DNA of 63,627 nt, filler included, from Pirum gemmata (taxonomy: Eukaryota): the NCBI GenBank assembly GCA_002812295.1. It is 19 parts of 19 records of this genome, joined end to end, with 100 filler letters (N's around TTAATTAATTAA, not from the genome) between each part and the next. Parts side by side here need not be neighbours in the genome. Positions count along the whole stretch, not along the records: positions 10,821 to 13,981 come from PDIN01003171.1; positions 14,082 to 17,304 come from PDIN01003172.1; positions 17,405 to 20,606 come from PDIN01003173.1; positions 20,707 to 24,448 come from PDIN01003174.1; positions 24,549 to 27,741 come from PDIN01003175.1; 14 more parts are not named here. The stretch is one strand, 5' to 3'. This document shows positions 11,307 to 24,615 of this stretch, piece after piece. A program made the translations under genes and the position numbers. Position 1 is the stretch's first letter, and the number at the start of each line of letters is the position of its first letter. The notes under the pieces were generated by a model, which was not told the DNA's origin, searched no databases, and saw only the letters and a list, made by a program, of their open reading frames with translations.

Positions 11307-12130
11307 CGGTGGTTAAACCTCCCCCCCCATGGTCAATGGAATGTCATGGGTAAAATATAATACATTACTTCGTGGGAAACTTTTTCTTTATTAAAAAAAA
11401 AAAGTGTTTACAACATTATTTATGTAAGGAGTTCAAGAAAAAAAAAATCCCTTATCTTGAACTCCTTGAATGTGAAGGGACATGTGAAGTATTACACTAT
11501 GTAATATGTATCGATAGTAGTCTATGTATCATATCTAACTTATGTATGATATGATATACATTGTATAAGATTATGTGTATATTGGAGTATGGATAGAAAA
11601 AAAGAAAAAAAAAAAACTATCATTGCGAAAGCTACTAGAGCTAGCTAACTAGAAACAAAAAAAACAAAACAAAACAAAACAAAATAATAAAAAATAAAAT
11701 AAAATAAAATAAAACAAAACAAAATAAAACAAAATGAAACAATAATAAAACAATAAAACAAACTAAAACTAAAAAAAATAAAAGGAAAGAAAATTTAATT
11801 AAACCAGTTTTTGGAATAAATAAATAAATAAATATTTTATTATTATTATTATTGTTTTAAAAATTTTATAATAATTTATAATTAATAATAATAATAATTT
11901 TAATTTTTTAAAGAAAATATTATTATTATTATATTGTATTTTTAAAAATACAAACAATATATATTCGTGTATCAATATTTTCATAATAATAATAATAATA
12001 AATATATTTTAAATAATATAATAATGATAGGATATCATTTATAATAGTAATAATAATAATATTCATACATACTATATATAACAATAATAATAGTAATAAT
12101 AATAATATAATAGTAATTAACAACAGTAAT

Positions 12131-13738
12131 ATGTTTTTGTCGTTAATACTTTTAATAATAAACCCAGTAATGGGGACAGCTTTTTTTGGTAGGACAAATT
12201 TTAATAAAGGTTTTGATGCAACAAATTATAATGGATTTGAGAAAGGACTAAAAATAAACGAATTTAGTTGTAGTACAAATTTTAAAATAAATGGGAAAAT
12301 TATTGATAAAAACCTTGATCAGAAAAATGTTTATAAAGTTCACACAATGCTTAAAAAAGGGGAATTAACTTTCATCTGTGATGAACCATTTCATCAAAAG
12401 CTATATGCAGCAATAGATATTTCTAAAAAATTAACCAAAGTGCATTTAAGTTATAACTTTGATTATTCAGTTATTGATAATCTGCATAATAACTTAGTGA
12501 AAATAAGGGAAAAGGGCGAATTAAGAAAACAAAACAAGGAATTAAAAAAACATAATGCTGGATCTACCCTGAAACAACGTTTAGGATCAATGTTACCTGT
12601 CTCCATTATATATATATATTACGAACCAACACAAACTTGGTACTTTCAGTTAGCTTTTGCGCCTAATGAAAGTTATTGCAATAAAGTAAACTACTTTGTT
12701 AATATAGAAAAAAACACATGCACAACTGATTGTGATTGTAATGGAGAGAAACTTTGTGTTCCAAGTAGGTTTTCCCTTCCTTCCAGTTGTGAGGGTACAA
12801 ATACTTATGAACAACAACAGGTACCTACGAATTCTCCATCATCTTCTATGGTATCACATACAATTACGGATGCCTTAACATCCGACAATTTATTTCTTCC
12901 TTCATCAAACCCCCAACGCATTACATCAGTACCTGAACTAAATAGAAAACCCCCACAACCCCGACGAACTTTGCAAAAACACAATACTATTAATCACACG
13001 CCTTTAATATCTCCCCTCCTTTTATTACCTTTTAAAACTCGTCAATCAATTCGTGTACAACAACAACAACAGCAACAACAACAACAACAACAAGTACAGG
13101 AGCAGCACAAGGCTAATTTACCTAACACAGCATCCATTAGTAACAAAAACATTGGTAAACACATTTTTAATTTAGTTAGTACAGCTGCAGTAATTGCCCT
13201 TGGGGCACTTGTCAGAAGAAAATTCAAACAGAAATTTAATGGAAACAATAATACCATGCCAAAACTTTTACTAGCCACATCAACATCAACAAACAACCCT
13301 GTAGAAACTATATTTACGACGACGACGACGACGACGACAGATGATACTATACCTACAACTTTGTGGGAGCCAGTACTAGTAGCCCTTCCCCCACATAACA
13401 ACCTAAGCACTAGCACTAGCAGTAACACTAACACTTTTACGTCTTCACCGACCAGTCTTGGTAAATTTAAAAACATTAACCCATCTACGTATAATGCTTC
13501 TTACAAACCGCCCTCTATTTTACAAGAAGGCCAAAGCAGCGGCGCTAGCGAGAATAATGATACTACTATTATTATTGCTACTGTAGTTGGTGGGACGGCG
13601 ATGATGGTAATTAGTTCCATTGTGTGTTTTTTTTTGTATAAAGCCTCTTTGAGTAAAGAGGAGCTAATGGGAAAAGAATTTCAACGTACTGTGATTTTTG
13701 AACACGTAGAAAAGTATAACTATGACAATGACTTTTAA
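12131..13738 (+). CDS. Putative single-pass membrane or surface protein, 535 aa
   Basis: N-terminal signal-like segment, Cys cluster (CTTDCDCNGEKLC...C), poly-Q and S/T/P-rich stalk, C-terminal TM helix (IIIATVVGGTAMMVISSIVCFFLY) and short tail. Confidence 0.8.
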   Translation: MFLSLILLIINPVMGTAFFGRTNFNKGFDATNYNGFEKGLKINEFSCSTNFKINGKIIDKNLDQKNVYKVHTMLKKGELTFICDEPFHQKLYAAIDISKKLTKVHLSYNFDYSVIDNLHNNLVKIREKGELRKQNKELKKHNAGSTLKQRLGSMLPVSIIYIYYEPTQTWYFQLAFAPNESYCNKVNYFVNIEKNTCTTDCDCNGEKLCVPSRFSLPSSCEGTNTYEQQQVPTNSPSSSMVSHTITDALTSDNLFLPSSNPQRITSVPELNRKPPQPRRTLQKHNTINHTPLISPLLLLPFKTRQSIRVQQQQQQQQQQQQVQEQHKANLPNTASISNKNIGKHIFNLVSTAAVIALGALVRRKFKQKFNGNNNTMPKLLLATSTSTNNPVETIFTTTTTTTTDDTIPTTLWEPVLVALPPHNNLSTSTSSNTNTFTSSPTSLGKFKNINPSTYNASYKPPSILQEGQSSGASENNDTTIIIATVVGGTAMMVISSIVCFFLYKASLSKEELMGKEFQRTVIFEHVEKYNYDNDF

Positions 13739-16700
13739 TTTTGTTTTTATTATACAAATTTTTAATAGTAAATTATATTATCAAAATATTCAATTAAACT
13801 CTATATAAAGGCCAGTGTTTTTGTTTTGTTCATATTATATTATTTTATTCATATACAATTATACATATTAATATTATTCATATACAATTTTAATAAGTTT
13901 CTTATTCATAAACATAAAAAAACAATCACGTTATAATTATTCCGTTTATTATAAAGTATTATTATTATTATTATTATTATTNNNNNNNNNNNNNNNNNNN
14001 NNNNNNNNNNNNNNNNNNNNNNNNNTTAATTAATTAANNNNNNNNNNNNNNNNNNNNNNNNNNNNNNNNNNNNNNNNNNNNGGTAGAAAAAATTAAAAAA
14101 ACAGGATTTTTTCGGACTTACAAAAAATTTGAAACAATTTGAGATACTGTTATGTATAAGTTGCGTCCACCATAAATTTAAAAAAATAAAAAAAAATAAA
14201 AATAAAAAATAGCTTCAATACAATATCATACTATCATAGTACTATCATCATCTCATACAGTCACTATCATAGCTAGCTAGTAGCTACTATCATAGCTACT
14301 ACTATCGATAGCTAGCTAGCAGTAGTAGACTAGTATCATAGTAGTCTAGCTAGTATCATAGTAGAGAGTTAGTAGAGGCTATGCATAACAAATTTTTTTT
14401 TGACTATGATATCATATTATTATGATATCTTGTCTACTACTAGTAGTAGTCACTGTAGTCTAGCTAGAGGTAAAATGATTTTTAGTCAAAAGACCATCTG
14501 GTCGGAGACTGGTCCAGCAGTGCCAGCACCGACTCCAGGACCAGTGGGGGACTCCATATAATTTTTGCCCTATCATAATTACTCTAGCTAGCTAGCTAGC
14601 TAGTGCCACCTAAAAGTCCTAGCTAGCCCTAACTAAAAGTGAGGGATGAGATGACGTCATTTTACTAATTGAAGGCTCTGGCACCAAAAGTTCGCCAAAA
14701 TGAAATTTTTGTGATTAAAATTACTTTAAATAGCATAATAGCTACTATTAATAGAAGCTTTTAAAANNNNNNNNNNNNNNNNNNNNNNNNNNNNNNNNNN
14801 NNNNNNNNNNNNNNNNNNNNNNNNNNNNNNNNNNNNNNNNNNNNNNNNNNNNNNNNNNNNNNNNNNNNNNNNNNNNNNNNNNNNNNNNNNNNNNNNNNNN
14901 NNNNNNNNNNNNNNNNNNNNNNNNNNNNNNNNNNNNNNNNNNNNNNNNNNNNNNNAAAAAAAAAAAAACAGCAGGTTATAAATATCATAGAAAAGAAACA
15001 GAGAAAAACCCACTTCAAGCACTGATTACATAATTTACACCTTTCAATAATAAATGGGCTGAACACAACAAATTGAAAGGGTGCTAGACCCGGCCATTGC
15101 CGGGGGGACACCCCGAGACCCTGACCAGGCCACCACCTGGCAGAGTAACAAATCACGTATAAATAAAAATATTATTATCATAATATATTATAACACCGGT
15201 ATACAATATTTTTTAAATCATACAATTGCTTTTTATAAATCTAATTTAACTACTAGTAGTGTTATTGTAATTGTTTAGCTATTATACAGACCAACCTCTC
15301 GGAGCAGTCACAACGAGGTCTCATGTATCAAGTATATATCTGATACTTAAGTATTACTAGTTACCTGACACTACATAGATCATAATTATATAGTTTACTT
15401 GAAACAGTCACATCATATAACACAGTATTAAAATATCACTATGTATACCTCACACTATATAGAGCATAGCGTTCTCAAGAGTTAAGGGTTAAGGGTTAGG
15501 GTTAGGGTAAGAAATTAAATCAAATTAATACTAAAAGCTAACAATTTTATACTTTATGATGATGTTACATACGAATTAAAAAGAAAACTATGCAACTTAT
15601 TACGCGTTTTATTAAAAATAAGTAAAAATAACAATTTTCAAAAATATAAAAATTCATACTTTTTCATGAAAGTTTCCTATTTTCCCAGTTTATATATCTT
15701 CTCTGATAAAATAGGAATAATAAAAAATATAAAAAAAATAATAAAAAAAATAAAGAAAATAATAAAACTTATTATTATCTGCCAATTAACTAGACTTCAA
15801 ATATTATAAAATAAAACATATTATATCATATAAGTATATTAATAATAAACTATATACTATAATATACTAACTACTTAACATGTATCAACAATGAGTCAGT
15901 TTTGTTCTTTAATTTAAAAATATTTTGATTCAGTTTTAATTTATTCTTTATTTTGTTTATCTTTATCAAGAACATCGAAAATACGTGATATATATATGGA
16001 ACCAGATTTGGGTCTTTCGGCCCTTGACATATATAGCTTGCCAGACATGTACACACACTCGTAATATGTTAATGAATATAATTAATTTGAATAAAAAGCT
16101 TAAGGGTCTTAATTCATTATTAATATATAATAGTATTTCAAAGTTTTTTCTATTCTTCGGGACTGCTAAAGAAAGAAAGAAAGAGGGTCAAAAAGGGGTA
16201 CTGTTTTATAATAAATGTTCCATGGTATGGTATAAACAAATGTACTAGTGTGCTATTTCTTGTATTTTTATTAATGTGTCTTTTTGTTTACATATAAATA
16301 TTCAACAAGTTGGCCATCAATTAAAACAGAGATGACTGTGAGGCCCATATTACTGATAAATAAAGATTTTTCACAGGTTACAGGCAACTTTGCCCTGTTA
16401 TTAGCGATTTGGGCATTTTGGGTACTTGTCATCAATAAAAAAACAACGAATAAATTAGAACGGAAGTAATTAAGGGTATTAGTGAAAAGTGATCGATATT
16501 TTCAAGGGTCACAAACAACTTTACCTTGTTATTAACGATTTGGATACTTAGCACCATTGCTTCAGTTAAAAATTCCAGTGAGGATAGGAAAGTCAAGAAA
16601 ACGGTTATATATATATATTTAAATATTATTTAGAAACCTGACTAAACATGGCACCCAGTAATTGACCACCAAAATGATCCCAGGCCTAGGGGCTTCTTTA

Positions 16701-17688
16701 AATTTTACACAGCAAGCCAGTTTTATAACGGTAATTCTAGTCAATGAGAAATTTATTTATAAACAGAGAAGGAAACCCAAGAAAACAGTTGTAAAATTAA
16801 ATAAAAAATCATCAGCCATTAAATAATAGGCGTTGGTCCATAACTCGTAATAACTATTATATTGGTCAGGGACAGAATCTTACAATGAGGTACTTGTTTG
16901 ACCGATATATATATAATGATAATAATAATAATAATAATAATAAAATAATAATAATAATTATAAGGATCCCCGGACCCTTTCATATACATGAAACTATTAT
17001 ATGTTTCCTTATGAGGATCCTGGACCCTTTCATATACAAGAACCCAGATGGGGTCTTCGAACCCTTTTATATGTATATAATTTTCCTAGATCTCATACGT
17101 ATGTATATATTATTTCTATGAGCCTACATGTGGGGGTTTCGGTCCTTTTGTTTATGTTTTCGCCCGATTCGATTTTCATAATTGATTTCTAAAAATTAAC
17201 TTTTTGTTATTGTTATTTAAATATTAACAGGTATGTTTGTAATTAATTAATTTCCTGTAACAAAATTGTTAAATAATGTATATATAAAAAGGGGAATTGC
17301 TTACNNNNNNNNNNNNNNNNNNNNNNNNNNNNNNNNNNNNNNNNNNNNTTAATTAATTAANNNNNNNNNNNNNNNNNNNNNNNNNNNNNNNNNNNNNNNN
17401 NNNNCCCAAAAGCAAAAAAGCAAAAAAGCAAAAAAGCAAAAAAGCAAAAAAGCAAAAAAGCAAAAAAGCAAAAAAACAAAAACAAAAAAACAAAAACCAA
17501 TTTTTTTAAATTTAATAAAACAAAAACAATTGTTGATTTCAAGACAAAAGCATGTTATTAATTATTGTACTTATAATAACCTAATAATATTATAACAATA
17601 ATAATAATAACGTTTAAAAACCAGCAATAATATTTATAATAATGATAATATAACAATTTTTAAAACATACTGACCCAATTAATTTAGT

Positions 17689-19515
17689 ATGAAGCTTAAA
17701 AAAAAGAGCGAAAATAATATTAATATTACTAGTGCAAGTAATATTAATAATAATAAAAGTAAATTTGGCCCTTTAAAAAAGAGGGCATCTTCCATGAAGA
17801 AAAGACTGTCTGAAGGTAAATGTTGTTTATTGTTCGACTATTTTTGATGTTGTTTTAACGTTATTTTTGCGTCTTATGTTTTTGTTTTTTTTAAATTTTT
17901 TGTTATTATTTACTGTATCAAAAACAATGTGTTTCTAAGCTCGGTTGCTTTACAAATTTAAATCAATGCATTATATTGAAATTATTTTAAATTTGCTGAA
18001 TTACAGATGGTAACTATTAATATTTAAATTTATAGTTGAACTGTAGTTTTATTATTGCATACCTACAAGTATTTAAAAACACAACATTAATTTTTTATGA
18101 TAATTTTTATACTGAATAATTAATACGTATACGAAACCCTATATATTAAATCGTGAATAACAGGGAAACAGCTGTCACAAAAAGAAAGACCCCAGTCTAC
18201 ATTTTATGGTGGTTGCGATGATGAGGTAAATGACAATGAAGATGTGAATAAAGGTATACTAGTACAACAAAATCCGCAATTGAAACAACAGCAGCAAAAA
18301 CAACCACCATTCTCTACACAACCACATCCATCCATAAAAACTAAAACTAAGAATCCGAAATTTGGTTCTATCAAAAAACTTAGCAAACAAACAACGAATT
18401 TTGTCAGTAATGCTGCAGGAGAAATTAGAAGCAGTGGTTCTACCAGCACTTCTCGTAAAGCTTCTGCAGTATCTACTGCTGGATTTTCAAGAAAAACTTC
18501 TTTGTTTGCTATAACTTCCGATGAATCAGCAATTAATTTAAGTACAAACCTACCTCCTAATTCTTCGATATCTACGACACCAAACCAACCAGTACCAGAT
18601 GAACAACAAATCTTAATACAGCAACGGCTTCAAATGCTAAAGGCGGAAGAAAAGTTAAACCCGGAACCAGAACAAACACAAAACCAACAACAAGAGCAAC
18701 TTAAATCGCAACTACAACTTAAATCGCAACTACAACGTACCTCTAATCTACACACACAGGATATACCAGTCATCAATTGTAGCTTTCCAACAGAACCAGT
18801 CTCTAACTCATTCCCACAGATACATAATGCTCGTATCGCGAATAATATATTTTTAACCCCAGAGCAGCAAGATGAATTATTATTGGTTAGCGCCACACCT
18901 GTACAATCTGTATCAACTGCCCCGACAACCCCAACTGAAAGGTCAAGACATCCATCAACATTACAAGTTTCTACGCAAAAGATCTCACCATCCCGTCCAC
19001 ATTCTCATTCACAAATTCCGAAAAGGGTGAGCAATAAAAAAGACAACAAGTTTGATTCATTAAAAAAAACGATTACCAGCCGTTCATCGATGGGAAAAAA
19101 GACAGAACATCTAGTCGCAACATGGTTTGATGCTTATAATGATGTAAGTAACGATATACTTTTAACACAACGATATGAAGAAGATTTACTGTTTGTTAGC
19201 ACTACGCCTACCCAAACTGCACCGACTGCCCCGACAACTCCAACTGAAAGATCGAGACACCCGTCGACATTAGAAGTTTCTACACAAACATCACCACCCC
19301 GTCCCCATTCTCATTCACATACTCCGAAAAGGGTGAAACATAAGAAAGACAATAAGTTTGATTCTTTAAAAAAAACGATTGCCAGTCGATCATCGATGGG
19401 TAAAAATTCAGTGCATCCAGTTGCAACATGGTTTGATGTTGGTAATGATGAATCCGAGGAAGATGATTTTCTTAACCAAATGATGCACAACAACAACAAC
19501 AATAATAATGATAAC

Positions 19516-19553
<38 letters not shown>

Positions 19554-19584
19554 ACAACAACAACAACAACAACAACAGCAATAA
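17689..19584 (+). CDS. Two-exon low-complexity protein (exons 17689-17815 and 18164-19584) with a ~100-aa internal duplication
   Basis: ATG at 17689, and the phase-1 intron GTAAAT...AACAG joins in frame with the 446-aa ORF. The unit TAPTTPTERSRHPSTL...KKDNKFDSLKKTI...VATWFD occurs twice. Confidence 0.7.
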
Positions 19585-19759
19585 AAATAATAACCATGAA
19601 CAATAATAGCAATAACAATAATAATAACAACAGCAATAACAATAACAACAACAACAACAGTGGCAATCGATAAAAGAAAAATAGTAACAATGACAATGAT
19701 GATAATAATAATGTTAGTTAGTTATATATAGGTGAAAACATATCTCTTTATATTGTATA

Positions 19760-20320
19760 TAACCCCAACCCCAACCCCAACCCCAGACCAAACCACCACA
19801 ACCACGAAAACCACGACAATCACAAGAACCACAAGAACCACCACAAGAACCGCAACAACAACCACAACCACAACCACAAGGACCACAAGAACCACAACCA
19901 CAACCACAACCACAAGAACCACAAGAACCACAACCACAACCACAACCACAAGAACCACAAGAACCACAACCCAACCACAACCACACAGCCACAGCCACAA
20001 GAAACACAACCACAACCACAACCACAACTGCAACCACAAGAACCACAAGAACCACAACCACAACCACAATCACAAAACCACAAGAACCACAAGAACCACA
20101 ACCACAACCACAACCACAACCACAACCACAACAACAAGAACCACAACCACAACCACAACCACAACCACAAGAACCACAACCACAAGAATCACAACCACAA
20201 CCACAAGAATCACAACCACAAGAACCACAACCACAAGAACCACAACCACAAGAACCACAACCACAACCACAAGAACCACAACCACAAGAACCACAACCAC
20301 AACCACAACCACAACCACAA
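19760..20320. repeat. Compound (ACCACA)n/(ACCACAAGA)n satellite
   Basis: Direct reading. Confidence 0.9.
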
Positions 20321-20358
20321 TAATAATAATAGTAGTAATAATAATAGGTTTAATATAG

Positions 20359-20521
20359 GTGATAATATATCACTTGCTTTTGTATCGAGTCATTTAGCTG
20401 CACACGAGGGGATGACCTTTCGGGAATCACGAAATTCTGATATTCGAGAAATAATTAAACAAATTCAAATTACTGAAGATTATCATGTTGGTTTTCATAA
20501 TTACACTGACTATGTTTTTTG
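20359..20521 (+). CDS. Internal exon of an inositol polyphosphate 5-phosphatase (EEP fold)
   Basis: The AG|...|GTAAGT exon reads GDNISLAFVSSHLAAHEGMTFRESRNSDIREII...HNYTDYVFW. This matches the FVxSHLAA...RNxD...DxVFW(xGDLNYR) motifs. Confidence 0.88.
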
Positions 20522-23500
20522 GTAAGTATTATGTTATTAACGCTAACACTAACACTAACGCTAACGCTAACACTAACACTAACGCTAACGCTAACGCTAA
20601 CGCTAANNNNNNNNNNNNNNNNNNNNNNNNNNNNNNNNNNNNNNNNNNNNTTAATTAATTAANNNNNNNNNNNNNNNNNNNNNNNNNNNNNNNNNNNNNN
20701 NNNNNNGTAGTAGTAGTAGCAGGTGGTCTAGTACACCCGAATCCCTAGACCACGGTGACAATTATTGATAATTATACACTCTTTACACCACCTTTATGCC
20801 AAGGCTTCATCGGCCGACTTCATATGTGATTTTATGATTATTTTTTAACTTCTTTTTATAAATCAGAGGGTTATTTTAATTGAGTATTTTGTCCTTGATC
20901 CTAACTCTAACTAACCCTATCCCCCTTTTAAGTACCGATCAAAACCAATTATCTATATCAATATCCACAATAGTCCCACAATCAGATTAATAACCCAACT
21001 GCTAATCCCACCACCCCCAATCCACCAATTTTATTTATTGCAATCGATATTTTAAAAAAAATAAAATTATAAGAGGCCAGTAGACACAATGTAGACCCAT
21101 GGGCAGCAGCAGTCCTTCTTTAATAAATAAATGAAAGAATGAATAAATACCAAGCACAAATAAACNNNNNNNNNNNNNNNNNNNNNNNNNNNNNNNNNNN
21201 NNNNNNNNCTAACCCTAACCCTAACCCTAACCCTAACCCTAACCCTAACCCTAACCCTAACCCTAACCCTAACCCTATTTTAAACCCTAACCCTATGACA
21301 TATTATTATTACCCTATCGATAACAGTTTGATAACCCTAACCCTAACCCTATTTTAAACCCTAACCCTATTATTATTACCCTATCGATAACAGTTTGATA
21401 ACCCTAACCCTAAACAGTAGCTAGCTAGCTAGCTAGCTAGCTATGATATATTGATAGATAGTAGTAGCTAGCTAGATAGAAAACTCCCGTCTTACCATAT
21501 ATGGTAAAACTTTTTTAAGATTCTTTTTTTGGTTATAATATTTACATAAATAGATATATTGGAAATTCTGTCTTCTTATGGTGATATATGGATTCTTTGA
21601 TGAACCGAAAACGCTTTTTTTACACACCGAAAACGCTTTTTTTGTATCATAGAGAGAGAGACTAAGAGAGTACTCAGTATCCTCGACTAGCTAGCTAGCT
21701 AGCTAGGTATCGTCGAGCATAAATGATATCGATACAATCATACAGAGCCACGCCACTTGTTGCCCCAAGACTGCCCCAACTTGCCCTGGAAGTTGCCCAA
21801 GGTCGGTGAGCAGTTTTAATATCCTTTTTAAGATATTAGGATGCTTTTGATTTATTTTTTCTAAGTTTTCTAGCTAGCTACTACTCAGAGGCTCAGCTAG
21901 CTACTACTCAGAGGCTCAGAGCTAACTCTCTCTCTACTAGCTAGCTAGCTAGAGCTAGCTATAGCTCTTGTCTAGCTAGCTACTAGACTACTCAGCCTAC
22001 TACTAGCTAGCTAGCTAGCTAGCTTGATAGCTGCTCACCACTAGCTAGCCACTCACGAGCTACTCACCGTGCTGCGTGCAACGGGCTATAATAAAAAATG
22101 GGCTGAAAAATTGTGAAAATATATTGAGAATAGCTCTCAGCTCTGAGAATACATAAATAAGTCTTATTATTTATTAATATATCGTGATATATCTGATATA
22201 TGATATCGATATATACCGGTATATGGAACCAGATTAAAGTCTTTCGTCGGAACTTTTTCTACATAGCAAATTTTCGGTTAGTTTCGAAAATAACCGAAAA
22301 TTTGCTATCTCGCTTTATATAATATGACTTATACTGTTATACAATATGTATACCGGTAGATGGGTGCTGCCGGTATCGAAACTCATAACTCAGAATGAAC
22401 TAATTTATAATCCAGTCTAACCCTACTAACCCTAAAGTGATGTTAAACCCCTAGTCTAGTAGTGTTAAACCTGAGAGTGTTTTAAACCCTACAAAGTAAA
22501 CGGGGCGCACCTGACAGACCCCTGACTCCTCGTATTATTTATATATCGATAATATATAGAGGTATATAAGTATATATGTATAAATTTATTAATATAAATA
22601 ATTATATAATATCATCATCTGACTTCAGCCAGTCTCCACTCTCTACTAAAGTGCACCTCTTTAGACTTTAGTTACTGGTTACCGTTACCGTTTTTTAAAC
22701 GTATACGTACCGTTACGGTTGGATTTACGGTTAGGGTTTTAGGGTTAGGAATTGTTAGTAGAGGGTAAGGCCCGTAAGGGTTAGGATACTGTTAGGATTA
22801 TTAAGGGTTTAATAGAGCTCCACCCCCGCTCAAGTTAGTGTTATAATAGTAAATTAGAGTTATAGAGTAATATAGACTGTTATAGTTAGGGTAAGGTTAA
22901 AATTACAGATGAAACGTAACAGCAAGTATACAATACTAGCAAGTGGTAGTGGTAGTATTATTACTATTAAAGTAGAATATATAGTAATAAAAACAACTGA
23001 GCATGCATGCAGTATTAAATAATATTAATATTAATAATAGTTAATAATATTATAGGTTAGGCCAGTGTTAGGCCCCAGGGTTAAGACATATCATACGTAT
23101 GATATAGTAGTATCGAGGGGGATAATATTATCGACCACTGTTATTGTATCTAATTATCGATATTAATATTTTTTAAAATGCATCAGTAAAGTTACAAGTA
23201 TAGACCCTTACGAAACATTTATATATATATCGATAATTTATAAATTTAGACCTAACCAGCTCTCTAGTAGCTAGCGTATTATGATGATAGATGTGTGGAT
23301 AATAGTCATAGCTAGCTATTAGTACTGTATTAGTCTACCAGTACTAATATCACAGTAGTATAGTAGCTCGTAGTGTCGACGTCGGTGTCTCTGTTTTCAC
23401 CAACCATTTTATTGTTCTCCAAAACTCTCCTCTCGTATGCTTCAAGGATTCAAAGGTAAACTAACAGCAAAAAACCAGAATCTCCTGCTTTTTATAATTT

Positions 23501-24059
23501 TTTAAAAATATATATAGAACACATTTTTTTTAAAAAAAAAATTTAAATCCTTGATTGTATTTATTATATTTTTTCTTTGTAAACTAACAGCCTTTTAAAA
23601 CCGGAGTAAACGGCACAAAACCAGAATCTAGTGCCTAATATATACTCTATATATATATATAAAAAGAACATTATAGAACACATTTTTTTTAAATTTTTTA
23701 AATCCTTGATTTTATTTATTATATTTTTTCTTTGTAAACTAACAACCTTAAATTAAACCTTAATTAAAACCGGAATCTAACCAATGCCTTTAAATTTAGA
23801 ATTCGAATACATTTGTAATTAATTTAAATTTGAATAATATTCAACTTAAATTTATGATAGTTTTATTTTATTCATTATTTTATGATGTGTATAGTACCAA
23901 TATATAGGACCAATACACGGTTATTATATTATATATATCGATATATATATATAGCTATAGGGTTAGGGAGGACCTGTTAGGGTATACTAATATATACTAT
24001 CAGATATATACATATTATGTATAAACAACATGGGCGGTAACCTGGGCCACTCTGGGCTC

Positions 24060-24215
24060 CTACTTATCTCCATTGCCATATTGTCATTATACTATGAAGA
24101 TGATTATTTTAAGACGACTATATAATATAGTATTAATACATGACTTAATCTTTATATACACTTATAATCATCATCATCTTCATTTATATAGCAACAGAAA
24201 TGGAGATATGAGCGT
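24060..24215. mobile_element. Quasi-palindromic MITE with CTCATATCTCCATTG-type TIR; second copy ~38372-38509
   Basis: Inverted ends and inner inverted blocks atgaagatgattat/ataatcatcatcttc in both copies. Confidence 0.7.
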
Positions 24216-24562
24216 AGGGACCCGAGTCGCTGCCCATAATATTATGTGGGATCCATATTAATATGTTCATATATTTATAAATATATTGTAGGGTTGTGTT
24301 AGGATTTTTGGTTGAGATATTGTTGACTCGAATATCACACGCATATTTATATAAGAGAGCGCCAATACTGCGCCAATGTGTAAAAACTACATAATATGAA
24401 TTATATGATAAATAAAATATAAATAAATTTAAAAAAAAAAAATTTTTANNNNNNNNNNNNNNNNNNNNNNNNNNNNNNNNNNNNNNNNNNNNTTAATTAA
24501 TTAANNNNNNNNNNNNNNNNNNNNNNNNNNNNNNNNNNNNNNNNNNNNTTTCTTTTTTTTAT

Positions 24563-24615
<53 letters not shown>

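Noticed and set aside
21209..21276. True chromosome end
   Set aside because: The tract follows an internal gap with sequence on both sides, and similar tracts are interstitial elsewhere.
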